Shown one piece after another: positions 25,567 to 35,587 of a stretch of 49,498 nucleotides of DNA. The notes under the pieces were generated by a model. It worked only from the letters and a program-made list of their open reading frames with translations. It searched no databases and was not told the origin of the DNA. A program made the translations under genes and the position numbers. This stretch comes from a bacterium (GTDB lineage: Bacteria > Desulfobacterota > DSWW01). The stretch spans positions 1-49,498 of the forward strand of contig JBFLZG010000043.1 in assembly GCA_040756235.1 (NCBI GenBank), given 5' to 3'. Within the stretch, counting starts at the first letter, position 1, and each line of letters starts with the position of its first letter.

Positions 25567-26580
25567 ATGGGTGAGATAGCAGAAAACGTGGCGATCACCA
25601 ATTCGGTTCCTCCCCTGCGCATCGGAACGCTCATCGTGGCGGAGCCGATCCTGCTGGCTCCCATGGCCGGGCACACGGACAGCTGCATGCGCAGGATGGC
25701 CCGGCGCTGCGGCGCCGGATTGGTCTTCACGGAGATGATCAGCGCCGCAGCGCTTGTCCGGAACAACCCGCGCAGCCTGGACCTTCTGTCTTTCGATCCG
25801 GAAGAGATCCCCCTGGGGGTCCAGCTGTTCGGGTCCGACCCCGGCGTGCTGGCCGATGCGGCTCGGCTCGCCCAGGACCGAGGCGCCTCGCTCATCGACA
25901 TCAACATGGGTTGTCCGGTGCCCAAGGTCTGCCGGGGCGGTAGCGGAGCCGCCCTCCTGGGCGACCCTGTGCGGGCGGCCCGCCTGTTCGAGGCGGTTCG
26001 GAAGGTCCTGCAGGTGCCCCTGACCGTCAAGATGCGCCTCGGCTGGGACGAGCGCAAGATCACAGCGCCGGAAATTGCCAGGGTTGCGGAGGAAAGCGGG
26101 GTCGACGCCATCACGCTCCATCCTCGCACGCGTTCTCAGGGATTCGCCGGGACCGCAGACTGGAGCTGGGTCCGGCGCTTGCGCCAGGACCGTGGCATTC
26201 CGGTGATCGGCAACGGAGACGTGGCAGGCCCGCAGACGGCTCGTGACGCCTTGCTCGACGGCTGCTGCAACGCCGTGATGATCGGCCGAGCCGCCCGCGG
26301 CAACCCCTGGATCTTCTGCCATACGCGGAGGCTCCTGGCCGGCGAAGGATACCGGGAGCCCGGCCCCGAGGAACGTCGCGCCGTGGTTGAACAACACCTC
26401 GAGCTCGTCCTCGCCCGCTACGGATCCGAGCGAGGAGCCACGAGGATCCGTCTCCTGCTCCCTTATTACCTGAAGGGGTACCCCGGCGCCGCCGCCTCCC
26501 GCAGGCAGACGAGTCTACTCAGAACCGGCGGGGCACGGGAATACCTGGGGCTCCTGCGGGCAGTCCTCGGGGTCGGTTGA
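25567..26580 (+). CDS. dusB: tRNA-dihydrouridine synthase DusB
   Basis: LAPMAG.TD, TEMIS, IDINMGCPVPKV, TVKMRLGWD, HPRTR.Q, IPVIGNGDV, VMIGRAARGNPWIF. Confidence 0.93.
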   Translation: MGEIAENVAITNSVPPLRIGTLIVAEPILLAPMAGHTDSCMRRMARRCGAGLVFTEMISAAALVRNNPRSLDLLSFDPEEIPLGVQLFGSDPGVLADAARLAQDRGASLIDINMGCPVPKVCRGGSGAALLGDPVRAARLFEAVRKVLQVPLTVKMRLGWDERKITAPEIARVAEESGVDAITLHPRTRSQGFAGTADWSWVRRLRQDRGIPVIGNGDVAGPQTARDALLDGCCNAVMIGRAARGNPWIFCHTRRLLAGEGYREPGPEERRAVVEQHLELVLARYGSERGATRIRLLLPYYLKGYPGAAASRRQTSLLRTGGAREYLGLLRAVLGVG

Positions 26581-28698
26581 AATCGTCAGGAGGACGCGCA
26601 ATCCTTCGGCCACCTGTTCGAACTCCCACAGGTGGAGCGTGGCGTGACCCGCAAGAGATACGGCACCCACGCATACCCGGTCCTCTTCCCCGACCTCTAC
26701 CCGTCCGAGGTCCCAGTCGAATGCGCCCGTGTCGCCGCGGAATTCCGGAATCTTGCACCTCCCGGATTCCTCCAGGATCCGGCCGCCGATCACCCTGGCC
26801 ACAATCTGGTTGAGCTGCGAGACCTGGGGAGCGATGCTCGCTGCCAGGGTCCCGAAGTCGGCTACGAAGTCGCCCAGGCCGTCAGCGGTCAGAATCGTTC
26901 CGTTGGCCGGCGTCGGAGCGCTGCCCAGACTCACCAGAGGGCCGACGGTTGCGCTCGGCTGGACGGCCACGAGCTGCGGATCCGAGGCGTCCGGGTCCTC
27001 CGGGTGCAGGATCTCCCTGGCCGCGAAAGGAGCGTTCTGGATCTCGCCCGCGGTTCGCACCCTCTTGATCGCTTTCAGGATGTGAACGGTTCCGCTCGTG
27101 AGGTCGCCTGCGGGAACTTCGATCCAGTCCCAGGGGTTTGCCGGAAACTGCCCGGAGGGATTCAGGGGCAGGGTCTGTTTCAGGCTGCAGGGGCACAGCT
27201 CTTCGTTCAAGGTGTCCCACGCCTCCTCCGGGAGAGAGGGACACCCCGGGCACTCCCACCACTGCGCGATGGGTTGCCCTGAGACGTCGGTCGCGGTGCC
27301 CCGCACCCGGAGAACCTCTCCGGCCGGCAGTGAGACCTCCTCGTTCCCGTCCAGCTCCGGGAAGGTCCTGGCCAGGCTCAGGGTGGGTGCCGAGCTGCTG
27401 GAGGCAGGCGGGACGAAATCGAACTGCAGGCTGCTCGGGTACGAGGTTTCGTTGCCGTTGATGTCCTGTGCGGTCAACTGGAGATAGTTGGCCACGCCCT
27501 TCCCTGCTTCGAGCACGTCGATGACGCCGTTCTCGTCCCAGTCGGAGACGAAGCTCAGGTTCAGAACGAAGCCGCCGGTCAGGGAGATCAGTCCCGGGTC
27601 GAAGTAGAGGATCTGTTCGCGGAAGCCGCTCCCCCCGCTGCCCGGCGCCCCGTTCGACAGCCGGACCCGGAGCCACCGCACCTCGCCCGCATTGTCCCGG
27701 ACCTGCCCGCCAATCAGGCGGGTCGAAGAGGAAACCGTAATCGGTTCGGTCGTCTCATCGATCCCCTCGAGCGTGATCTCGGGTGGGAGGACGTCCTCCC
27801 GCAGCGCTCCGGACACCAACTCTCCCCGGGGAGGCCAGAACGTGAGCACCCGCGATTTCTCCGAATAGCGCCCGACGTCTTCTTTCTGGTCCGGCGCATC
27901 GTACGCCGAGATGGTAAACCGATAGGTCGGCGCCTCTTCCAGGGGACGCCCTGCCCGGCTCGGGTCGTAGAGCTGGAAGGTGGCGTTGTAGCTGCCGCTC
28001 GTGGGGTCCAGGTCCAAGGCGAACGCCTCGTCCCATTTCGCCAGGGTAGCGCGCTGCCAGACGCCGGAGAAGACGCGGCCGCTCGAGGTCTCGACCCACA
28101 GCGAGAATTCGGGCCCGCCGTCGGCCCCGGGGAGCGCGTCTCCGGCCTGAAGGCGCGAGATCGTCCCGTCCGTTAAGTTCCTCAAGTAGAGGGATCGGGC
28201 GAGGTCCCCCTCCCCTTGTCTGGTTTCTTCGATTTCCAGGATGCGATACGGCTCGATCTCCGATACTTGGACCTCGACTTCCTGAAGAATGGTTTCCGCA
28301 TCGGCCGGGTCGACTTCCCGAAGCACGATGGTCTGCCCCCGCACGAGGTCGGCGGCGGTGAAAGAAAACAGACATTCGTCGAATCCGCTCGCCCCATGCG
28401 GGCATGCGAATTCCACGTCCTCGACATCGCGTCGCTTTCCTTGGATCGTCACCTTGGGAGAGACGACCGCGGTGTTGTCGGTGATTTTTCCCGAAAGACG
28501 AACCGGCGAGCTCTCCGCCACCTGCTCCCCGTTGATCACGGTCAGAGGCTTTCTCGTCCCGTCGGTCGGATCCTCGAAGGAAAGGCTGAGGTCCTCGATC
28601 GAAGGAGGTTCCGAGTTGCCGCACCCTGACAAAAAGGCTGCCAGCACGATCCGCATCCCCCATTTAACCAGCTCATGCCGACTCGTTCTCTCTCTCAT
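26515..28698 (-). CDS. Large acidic lipoprotein with repeated Ig-like modules, function unknown
   Basis: Lipobox LAAFLSG-C. Repeated motif (VRLSGKITDN, RLIGGQVRDN, LRVRGTATDV) and several Cys pairs; start 28698 or 28656. Confidence 0.7.
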   Translation of the reverse strand: MRERTSRHELVKWGMRIVLAAFLSGCGNSEPPSIEDLSLSFEDPTDGTRKPLTVINGEQVAESSPVRLSGKITDNTAVVSPKVTIQGKRRDVEDVEFACPHGASGFDECLFSFTAADLVRGQTIVLREVDPADAETILQEVEVQVSEIEPYRILEIEETRQGEGDLARSLYLRNLTDGTISRLQAGDALPGADGGPEFSLWVETSSGRVFSGVWQRATLAKWDEAFALDLDPTSGSYNATFQLYDPSRAGRPLEEAPTYRFTISAYDAPDQKEDVGRYSEKSRVLTFWPPRGELVSGALREDVLPPEITLEGIDETTEPITVSSSTRLIGGQVRDNAGEVRWLRVRLSNGAPGSGGSGFREQILYFDPGLISLTGGFVLNLSFVSDWDENGVIDVLEAGKGVANYLQLTAQDINGNETSYPSSLQFDFVPPASSSSAPTLSLARTFPELDGNEEVSLPAGEVLRVRGTATDVSGQPIAQWWECPGCPSLPEEAWDTLNEELCPCSLKQTLPLNPSGQFPANPWDWIEVPAGDLTSGTVHILKAIKRVRTAGEIQNAPFAAREILHPEDPDASDPQLVAVQPSATVGPLVSLGSAPTPANGTILTADGLGDFVADFGTLAASIAPQVSQLNQIVARVIGGRILEESGRCKIPEFRGDTGAFDWDLGRVEVGEEDRVCVGAVSLAGHATLHLWEFEQVAEGLRVLLTISTDPEDCPQEPQVFPCPAGSE

Positions 28699-28763
28699 GC
28701 CGCATCCCCGAAAAATGGCCCGGTCTCGTTGCTTCCCTGCGTACCGATCCCCATCGGATCCCT

Positions 28764-30131
28764 CTACATCGCGTCTTCCCTTCTCGTGCTGAGCGTGCGG
28801 AACAGGGTGAACCTGGGCTCGAACTGCAGCTGGATGTTGTCGATCGGTCCGTTCCGCTGTTTCCCGATCCTGAGCTCGGCCTTGCCCTTGCACTCCTGCC
28901 GATCCGGGAAATAGAACTCCTCCCGGTAAATGAAGGCGATCACGTCGGCATCTTGCTCGATCGCTCCCGATTCCCGGAGGTCCGCCAGGATGGGCCGTTT
29001 GTCCGGGCGGTTTTCCACCGCCCGGTTGAGCTGGGAGAGCGCCAGCACCGGCAGGTCCAGCTCCTTGGCGAGCTGCTTGAGGGAGCGCGATATCTCCGAG
29101 ATCTCCTGCACCCGGCTCTCGGATCGCTCGGAGCCCTGCATGAGCTGCAAGTAGTCCACGACGACCAGCCCGATCTTGTTCTCGAGCTTCATCTGTCGGG
29201 CCTTGCCGCGCATTTCACGAACCGTGATCCCGGCCGAGTCGTCGATGTAGATCGGCGCCTGAGAGAGAACGTCGGCCGCAGCCGTCAGATTCTTCCAGGC
29301 CGATTTTTCGAAGTATCCTGCCCGGAGCCTGGACCCGTCGATCTGCGCCTCGCCGCAAAGCAGGCGGAAAGCGAGCTGCTCCTTGGACATCTCGAGAGAG
29401 AAGATCGCTACCGGCGTGTGGCTCTCCACGGCGGCGTTGCGGGCGATGTTCAGAGCCAGGGCCGTCTTCCCCATGCTGGGCCTTCCCGCGAGGATGATGA
29501 GATCGGACCGCTGCAGGCCGCAGGTCACGCGGTCGAAATCCGCGAACCCGGTGGCCACACCGGTGATCATCCCCTGTTTGCCGAACATGTTCTCGAGCGT
29601 CTGGAAATTGTCCTGCAAGACCGTGCGCAGCGGGATGAAGCCCTTGCGCTGCTGCCGCCGGGCGATCTCGAGCACGGTCTGTTCGGCCTTGTCCAGGAAG
29701 TCGACGGCGTTTGCGGGCTCCTCGTACGCCTCGCGGACGATCTCCGTGGAAGCCTCGATGACCTGCCGCAGGATCGACTTCTCCTTGACGATGCGCGCGT
29801 AGTAGAGGATGTTGGCCGCCGTCGGCACCCGATCGACCAGCGAAGCCAGGTAGACGGCTCCCCCGACCTCCTGGAGCCAACCCTTCACGTTCATTTCTTC
29901 TTTGAGCGTGATCAGGTCGACGGGCTCCCCCCTCTCCTGGAGCTCCACCATGGCCCGGAAGATCTTGCGGTGCGCCTCCCGATAAAAGTCTTCGGGTTGG
30001 ACCACCTCGGCGACCTTCAGAACGGCCTGGTTCTCCAGCAGGATCCCGCCGAGCACGGAAGCCTCCGCCTCGAGGTTCTGCGGAGGGACGCGTTCGAGAA
30101 AGGCATTGGGGCTGCGGGCCAAGTGGGTCAC
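28764..30131 (-). CDS. dnaB: Replicative DNA helicase DnaB
   Basis: PPQNLEAEASVLG, GRPSMGKT, FSLEMS, VDYLQL, LSQLNRAVE, DLRESGAIEQDAD, KQRNGP. Confidence 0.98.
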   Translation of the reverse strand: MTHLARSPNAFLERVPPQNLEAEASVLGGILLENQAVLKVAEVVQPEDFYREAHRKIFRAMVELQERGEPVDLITLKEEMNVKGWLQEVGGAVYLASLVDRVPTAANILYYARIVKEKSILRQVIEASTEIVREAYEEPANAVDFLDKAEQTVLEIARRQQRKGFIPLRTVLQDNFQTLENMFGKQGMITGVATGFADFDRVTCGLQRSDLIILAGRPSMGKTALALNIARNAAVESHTPVAIFSLEMSKEQLAFRLLCGEAQIDGSRLRAGYFEKSAWKNLTAAADVLSQAPIYIDDSAGITVREMRGKARQMKLENKIGLVVVDYLQLMQGSERSESRVQEISEISRSLKQLAKELDLPVLALSQLNRAVENRPDKRPILADLRESGAIEQDADVIAFIYREEFYFPDRQECKGKAELRIGKQRNGPIDNIQLQFEPRFTLFRTLSTRREDAM

Positions 30132-30571
30132 TCTTTCACGACCGTGATCTTCACGGTTGCAGTCACCTCCGGGTGGAGCTTGACCGCGATCGAGTAGGCA
30201 CCCAGCTTCTTGATCGGCTCTTCCAGGATGATGCGTTTCCGATCGATCGGAATTCCCTCCCGGTGCAGAGCCTCTTCGATGTCCCTGGTGGTGACGGAAC
30301 CGAAAAGCCTGTCTTCGTCACCGACTTTGCGGGCGAGCGTGCAGGCGACAGCGTCCAGTCTCTTGGCCAGATCCTGGGCCTCGGACCGCTGCTTTTCCTC
30401 CCGGTACTGAATGATGCGCTTCTGGTGCTCGAGCTGCTTGACGTCTTTGGTGGAAGCCTTGGCGGCCAGCCCGCGGGGCAACAGATAGTTACGGCCGTAT
30501 CCGTCGGCGACGACCACGATGTCCCCGGTCCTGCCCAGCTTGTCTACGTTCTCTCTCAATATCACCTTCAC
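30128..30571 (-). CDS. rplI: 50S ribosomal protein L9
   Basis: MKVILRENVDKLG..GDIV.VADGYGRNYLLPRG, LFGSVT, IKKLG.Y...VKLHPEV. Confidence 0.97.
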   Translation of the reverse strand: MKVILRENVDKLGRTGDIVVVADGYGRNYLLPRGLAAKASTKDVKQLEHQKRIIQYREEKQRSEAQDLAKRLDAVACTLARKVGDEDRLFGSVTTRDIEEALHREGIPIDRKRIILEEPIKKLGAYSIAVKLHPEVTATVKITVVKE

Positions 30572-30877
30572 CGCTCTGTTCCTCACGTTTGTTGCGTGGA
30601 TCTTGAAGACAGCCCCTGCCCGAAGAAGACACCCCCGGCCTGCGAGGGTCGAACGACGGCCGCATGCAAGGCGCGCTGAAGAGAGCTGTCCGTTCTCGGT
30701 TGTCAGGCCTCGCCCCGGCCCCGCAAACCATTAAGCATATAGCGGACTCCGGGCAACGGTGTGTGCGGCACAAGCCGTCATCTCTTTTTTGCCGCCAACG
30801 GACGACCGACACCGGCAGCTCACCAGGACGAGCGCTGCGCAGCAGCAGACCGCCGTCATGCGGCCCCCGCACCAGGA

Positions 30878-31135
30878 TCAGATCTCGAGGTTCGTGTAAG
30901 GCATCAGCGCGAGCTGCCTGGCTCGCTTGATCGCCAAAGTGATCTTGCGCTGGTGTTTCGCGCAGTTTCCGGAGATCCTGCGCGGAATGATCTTGCCTCG
31001 CTCGGTGATGAAGTAGCGCAGATTGCGAGGATCCTTGTACTCGATCTGGGCGCTCGCGTCCGCACAGAACCGGCAGACCTTCTTCCGGACGTAGATCTTT
31101 CTTCTCTTGCGCTGCTCTCTAGGTCTACTGGTCAT
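30878..31135 (-). CDS. rpsR: 30S ribosomal protein S18 (Zn-binding type)
   Basis: [43 protein letters not shown]. Confidence 0.97.
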   Translation of the reverse strand: MTSRPREQRKRRKIYVRKKVCRFCADASAQIEYKDPRNLRYFITERGKIIPRRISGNCAKHQRKITLAIKRARQLALMPYTNLEI

Positions 31136-31661
31136 CTTTTTCCTCCTCGGCGTCCGCGGGCTCGCCTTCCTCTACGCTTCCCGCTCCCCCTTCCTCCGCT
31201 TCCGCAGCCGCCCCTTCAGTGGCCGCTTCCGCGCCGGCCTCCGCAGGCGGCGGTTGGGTCTGAGACGCCCTGGCATCCTCTTCTCGGCGCTGCTGCACGG
31301 CAGCCTTTCTGGCTTCCTCCTTCTGTCTTTCCTCGGCCCGGACCTTCTCCATGGCTTCCAGGCTGACCCGCTCTTCCTGCTTCACGGTCAGGAAGCGCAG
31401 GACGGATTCGATCATCTTCAGATGTCTTTCGAGCTCCGCGACGATTCGGGAAGGCCCTGCATAATCGAGCAGCAGATAGTGTCCCTTGGAGAAGCGGCGG
31501 ATATCGTAGGCAAGTTTCCGGACTCCCCAGTCGTCCCGTTTGACCAGGATGCCGCCTCCCTTCTGGACGATGTTTTCCACCCGCTCCTGGATCTCCTGCC
31601 TCCGCGCTTCCTCGAGGTCAGGTTCCAGGATGAATACAGTCTCGTACCGCTGAATCCTCAT
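31125..31661 (-). CDS. rpsF: 30S ribosomal protein S6 with acidic C-terminal extension
   Basis: [51 protein letters not shown]. Confidence 0.96.
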   Translation of the reverse strand: MRIQRYETVFILEPDLEEARRQEIQERVENIVQKGGGILVKRDDWGVRKLAYDIRRFSKGHYLLLDYAGPSRIVAELERHLKMIESVLRFLTVKQEERVSLEAMEKVRAEERQKEEARKAAVQQRREEDARASQTQPPPAEAGAEAATEGAAAEAEEGGAGSVEEGEPADAEEEKDDQ

Positions 31662-31665
31662 CTTT

Positions 31666-31718
31666 CTCCTCCTTTTGGCCATGGGACCCCAACCGCTCAT
31701 CGGTTGGAGTAAGGGGAT
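31666..31718 (-). ncRNA. S6:S18 ribosomal-protein leader (autoregulatory cis RNA)
   Basis: CCUUACUCC-AACCGAUGAGCGGUU-GGGGUCCCAUGGCCAAAAGGAGG: a hairpin plus CC-containing internal loop, with the 5' arm able to pair with the SD, directly upstream of rpsF. Confidence 0.65.
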
Positions 31719-31761
31719 GCTGGAGAAGCTGGATCGCTTCTCGCTTGAGTTTTCAGGGGTC

Positions 31762-31790
31762 AATGTAACAGGCTTCCCTTTCCCTGGCAA
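31762..31790 (-). promoter_or_regulatory. Sigma70 promoter for rpsF-rpsR
   Basis: TTGCCA (31790-31785), 17-nt spacer, TACATT (31767-31762). Confidence 0.6.
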
Positions 31791-31846
31791 GCCTTGCCCC
31801 CGGCCCCTGGTCCACGATGCCGCGGGCATGTCCCCGTTTGCGCGCA

Positions 31847-32944
31847 TCATCCCTGAAAGCGGATGCGCAACACGTCCCCGTCCTGAACCACGTACTCTTT
31901 TCCCTGCACGTGGATAAAGCCTTGCTGCCGGGCGCTGTCCTCGGAGCCGGCCGTCTCGAAGTCCCGGAAGTGGATCACCTCCGCCTTGATGAACCCGCGC
32001 TGCATGTCCGAATGGATCTTCCCGGCTGCCTGGTGCACCGTCTCTCCCGCCGGCAGCGTCCAGGCCCGCACCTCAGTGCCCACAACCGTATAGAAGGTAA
32101 TCAGGCCCAAGAGCCTGTACCCGGACTCGACCAGACGCTCCAGCACCGGCGGGCCCAGCCGCATCTCGATCCGAAAGGACTCTCTTTCTTCAGGTGCCAG
32201 CTCCATGAGCTCCCTCTCGAGCTTCGCGTGGAGAGGCAGGAATACGGCCGACGGATCGTTCAGCTTCACACCCGTTTCCCGTGCCAGCCGGTCCGGGTTC
32301 GGAGTCTGTTCGTCGCCGATGTTCAACACGTACAGGACCGGCCGGTCCGTCACCAGGCCCCACTCCCGCCATCTGGCGCGGTCCCCTTGGGGGGTCTCCG
32401 GCATCCGTCTGAGAGAGATGCCCCGGCTGAGCGCGTTCCGGACGGCCTCCAGGTGGCGCAGATCCTCCAGTGCCTCTTTTTGCCCCACTCGGGCCAGCTT
32501 GCGGACCTTCTCGATCCTCCTCTCCACGATCTCGAGATCCGCCAGGATCAACTCGGTCTCGATGAGCTGGATGTCGTGGACCGGATCCACGGCGCCCGGA
32601 AGGTGGACGATGTCCGTGGCCGAGAAGAGCCGCACCACGTGAATCAGCGCGTCCACGGCCCGGAGATGGCCGAGAAACGTGTTCCCCAGACCCTCCCCCC
32701 GGCTTGCGCCCTCCACCAGCCCGGCCACATCGAGGAACTCGAGCAGGGTGGGAGTTCGTTTTTCCGGTTGCAGGAGCCTCCCGAGGGTCTCCAGGCGCCG
32801 GTCCGGCACCGGGACCTTCCCCCGGTTCGGCTCGACCGTGCAGAAGGGGTAGTTCGAGGACTCGGCCTGAAGGCCGGTCAGGGCGTTGAACACGGTCGAC
32901 TTCCCGACATTGGGAAGTCCGACGATTCCGCACGTGAAGCCCAT
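31847..32944 (-). CDS. ychF: Ribosome-binding ATPase YchF
   Basis: MGFTCGIVGLPNVGKST, NYPFCTVEPN, DVAGLVEGASRGEGLGN, AAGKIHSDMQRGFIKAE, GKEYVVQDGD. Confidence 0.97.
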   Translation of the reverse strand: MGFTCGIVGLPNVGKSTVFNALTGLQAESSNYPFCTVEPNRGKVPVPDRRLETLGRLLQPEKRTPTLLEFLDVAGLVEGASRGEGLGNTFLGHLRAVDALIHVVRLFSATDIVHLPGAVDPVHDIQLIETELILADLEIVERRIEKVRKLARVGQKEALEDLRHLEAVRNALSRGISLRRMPETPQGDRARWREWGLVTDRPVLYVLNIGDEQTPNPDRLARETGVKLNDPSAVFLPLHAKLERELMELAPEERESFRIEMRLGPPVLERLVESGYRLLGLITFYTVVGTEVRAWTLPAGETVHQAAGKIHSDMQRGFIKAEVIHFRDFETAGSEDSARQQGFIHVQGKEYVVQDGDVLRIRFQG

Positions 32945-33023
32945 TCCTGCAGGTGCTCCCGGGAGGGCGGCATCCGATGGCTCTGATGCCCCTTCCTCAA
33001 GAGGTGTCGAAGAACCCAACTCC

Positions 33024-33067
33024 AAAAAACGAACCCCCCTGAAGACCCGGAGTCTGCAGGGGGGTTC
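33024..33067 (-). terminator. Intrinsic terminator after hppA
   Basis: Stem gaacccccctg/caggggggttc followed on the minus strand by a U6 tract. Confidence 0.8.
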
Positions 33068-33084
33068 TGTCGACCCGAGCGAAC

Positions 33085-35538
33085 CTACGCTACCATGCGC
33101 TTGGAATTCTCCGAAGAGTCAGAAGAAGAAGCAAGCTCTCTCGGGATCCGCATCTTATAGAAGGACCGATAGACGAAGAAGATGGCGATCAGGAGAAACA
33201 CCACCCCGACGAAGTGGGCCACACCCCGCATGGCCGGAGAGATCGCGATCTCCATGGCGAGCAGGCCGAACAGCGTGGTGAACTTGATGATGGGGTTCAG
33301 GGCCACCGAGGAGGTGTCCTTGAAGGGATCGCCCACCGTATCGCCGATGACCGTGGCCGCATGCAGAGGCGTGCCCTTCTCCTTCAGATCGACCTCCACG
33401 ACCTTCTTCGCGTTGTCCCAGCAGCCGCCCGCGTTGGCCATGAAGATAGCCTGAAAGAGGCCGAAAGCCGCAATCGAGATCAGGTAGCTGATGAAGAAGG
33501 TGGCCGGCGCCGGCGAGTCTCCGGGAGCGGACAGAAAGGCAAACGCCAGGGCGAAGCAGAAGACGGCGATGAAGATGTTGAACATGCCGGCCTGAGCGTA
33601 CTGGGTGCAGATCTTGACGACCTCCTTGGAGCTTTCCGTCGAGGCGCTCAGGGTCGCGCTCTCATCCAGGTGGATGTTGCGCTTGATGTACTGCACGGCC
33701 CGATAGGCGCCGGTGGTCACGGCCTGGGTGGAGGCGCCGGTGAACCAGTAGATGACCGTCCCGCCGGCCAGGACACCCAGAAGCGTGTACGGGTTGAGCC
33801 AGTTGAGAATGGTCTCCGGGTCGATCCCGAGCGTCTTCTTCAGCAGGAGGATGAGCGAGAAGATCATGGTGGTCGCGCCCACCACGGCGGTGCCGATCAG
33901 AACCGGTTTGGCGGTCGCCTTGAAGGTGTTGCCGCAGCTGTCGTTCTCCTCCAGCAGATGTTTGGCGTTTTCGAAGTCCGGCTTGAACCCGAACTGCCCC
34001 TGGATCTCGCTTCCCGCGTTCGGGTTTTCTTCGATCAGGGACAGCTCATAGATGGACTGCGCATTGTCGGTCACCGGCCCGTAGCTGTCCACGGCGATCG
34101 TGACCGGCCCCATGCCCAGAAAGCCGAAAGCGACCAGACCGAAGGCGAAGATCGACGAGTAGTCCATGAACTCGCTGAGACCGAAGGTGCTCGCGTAGTA
34201 GGCGATGAACATCAGGATGTAGATCGCGGTCCCCAGCCAGAAAGCGCTGAAGTTGCCGGCCACGAAGCCCGAAAGGATGTCCAGGGAGGCGCCCCCTTCC
34301 CGGGCGGAGAAGACGGCTTCCTGGCAGTGCTTGGACTTCGAGCTGGTGAAAACCTTGACCAGCTCCGGGATCAGGGCGGCGGCCAGCGTTCCGCAGCTGA
34401 TGATCACGGAGAGCTTGAACCAGAGGCTCCCGGGAAGGTCTCCGATCTGCCAGTAGCTCGCCACAAAGGTCACGATCATGGAAAGGATGGACGTGTACCA
34501 TACGAGCGTGGTCAGGGAGTGCTCGAAATCGACCTTGGTGCCGCCGTATCTTTTCTCGGTCACCGACTTGTTGAACTGGAAGGCCGCGATCGAGGTGAGG
34601 ATCATGAGGATCCGCATGACGAAGATCCAGGTCAGCAGGTACTGCTGGATGGCAACGTCTCTGACCGCCAGCACGATGAAGCTGATGAGAGCAACACCGG
34701 TCACGCCGTAGGTCTCAAACCCGTCCGCCGTCGGCCCGACGCTGTCGCCTGCGTTGTCGCCCGTGCAGTCCGCGATCACGCCCGGATTGCGCGGATCGTC
34801 CTCTTTGATGTTGAAGACGATCTTCATCAGGTCCGACCCGATGTCCGCGATCTTGGTGAAGATGCCGCCGCAGATTCGCAGAGCGCTCGCTCCGAGGGAC
34901 TCGCCGATCGCGAACCCGATGAAACAGGCTCCCGCGTACTCGCGCGGCATATAGACCAGAATGATCAGCATCATGATGAGCTCGACGCAGACCAGGAGCA
35001 CGCCGATGCTCATGCCCGCCCGGAGGGGAATGTCGAGCAGCTTGAGCGGCTTTCCTTCCAGAGAGGCGAACGCCATGCGGCTGTTGGCCAGGGTGTTCAT
35101 GCGGATCCCGAACCAGGCCACGCCGTAGGATCCGAGGATGCCGATCACCGACCACGCCAGGATGAGCAGAACGCCATTGAGCGGCGTACGCTGCAGGAAC
35201 CCGAAGTAGTAGGCGATGCAGACCGCGATGAAGACTTCCAGCATCACCAGGAACTTCCCCTGCTGGACCAGATAGGTCTTGCAGGTCTGGAAGATGACGT
35301 CGGCCACGTCCAGCATGGCCTTGTGGGCGGGAAAGGCCTTGACCTTGATGTACTCATAGAGGCCAAAGAGCATCCCGAGAATGCAGATGAAGAATCCGAC
35401 CATCAGCAGGCTGTTCTGCCCGGGAGTAAGGTCCGGGATGGCCAGCTCCGCTTCGCTCGCCCAGAGAGGCGTCGACAGGAAAGCCAAGAGCAGCGCTGCA
35501 AGGCACCCGGCTAGCATCCGACTCTTCTTAGGGTTCAT
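33085..35538 (-). CDS. hppA: Membrane-integral cation-translocating pyrophosphatase (K+-independent signature)
   Basis: GGIFTKIADIGSDL, EDDPRNPGVIADCTGDNAGD, DSYGPVTDNA, GNTFKATAK, GGCWDNAKK, GDTVGDPFKDTS. Confidence 0.95.
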   Translation of the reverse strand: MNPKKSRMLAGCLAALLLAFLSTPLWASEAELAIPDLTPGQNSLLMVGFFICILGMLFGLYEYIKVKAFPAHKAMLDVADVIFQTCKTYLVQQGKFLVMLEVFIAVCIAYYFGFLQRTPLNGVLLILAWSVIGILGSYGVAWFGIRMNTLANSRMAFASLEGKPLKLLDIPLRAGMSIGVLLVCVELIMMLIILVYMPREYAGACFIGFAIGESLGASALRICGGIFTKIADIGSDLMKIVFNIKEDDPRNPGVIADCTGDNAGDSVGPTADGFETYGVTGVALISFIVLAVRDVAIQQYLLTWIFVMRILMILTSIAAFQFNKSVTEKRYGGTKVDFEHSLTTLVWYTSILSMIVTFVASYWQIGDLPGSLWFKLSVIISCGTLAAALIPELVKVFTSSKSKHCQEAVFSAREGGASLDILSGFVAGNFSAFWLGTAIYILMFIAYYASTFGLSEFMDYSSIFAFGLVAFGFLGMGPVTIAVDSYGPVTDNAQSIYELSLIEENPNAGSEIQGQFGFKPDFENAKHLLEENDSCGNTFKATAKPVLIGTAVVGATTMIFSLILLLKKTLGIDPETILNWLNPYTLLGVLAGGTVIYWFTGASTQAVTTGAYRAVQYIKRNIHLDESATLSASTESSKEVVKICTQYAQAGMFNIFIAVFCFALAFAFLSAPGDSPAPATFFISYLISIAAFGLFQAIFMANAGGCWDNAKKVVEVDLKEKGTPLHAATVIGDTVGDPFKDTSSVALNPIIKFTTLFGLLAMEIAISPAMRGVAHFVGVVFLLIAIFFVYRSFYKMRIPRELASSSDSSENSKRMVA

Positions 35539-35587
35539 GCTTGTCATTCCTTTCGCTTGGCTCGAGTTTTCTCGTTGGAATGCACCT

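Noticed and set aside
28764..30131. Intein in DnaB
   Set aside because: Normal length (455 aa) with contiguous motifs.
31125..31330. Long acidic tail on S6
   Set aside because: Low-complexity acidic S6 extensions are common; not novel.
33214..35514. 766-aa plus-strand ORF (likewise 13222-15012, 14883-16580, 20398-22560, 36272-38038, 40702-42330)
   Set aside because: Antisense shadows of well-supported genes, expected in high-GC DNA; no recognisable motifs.
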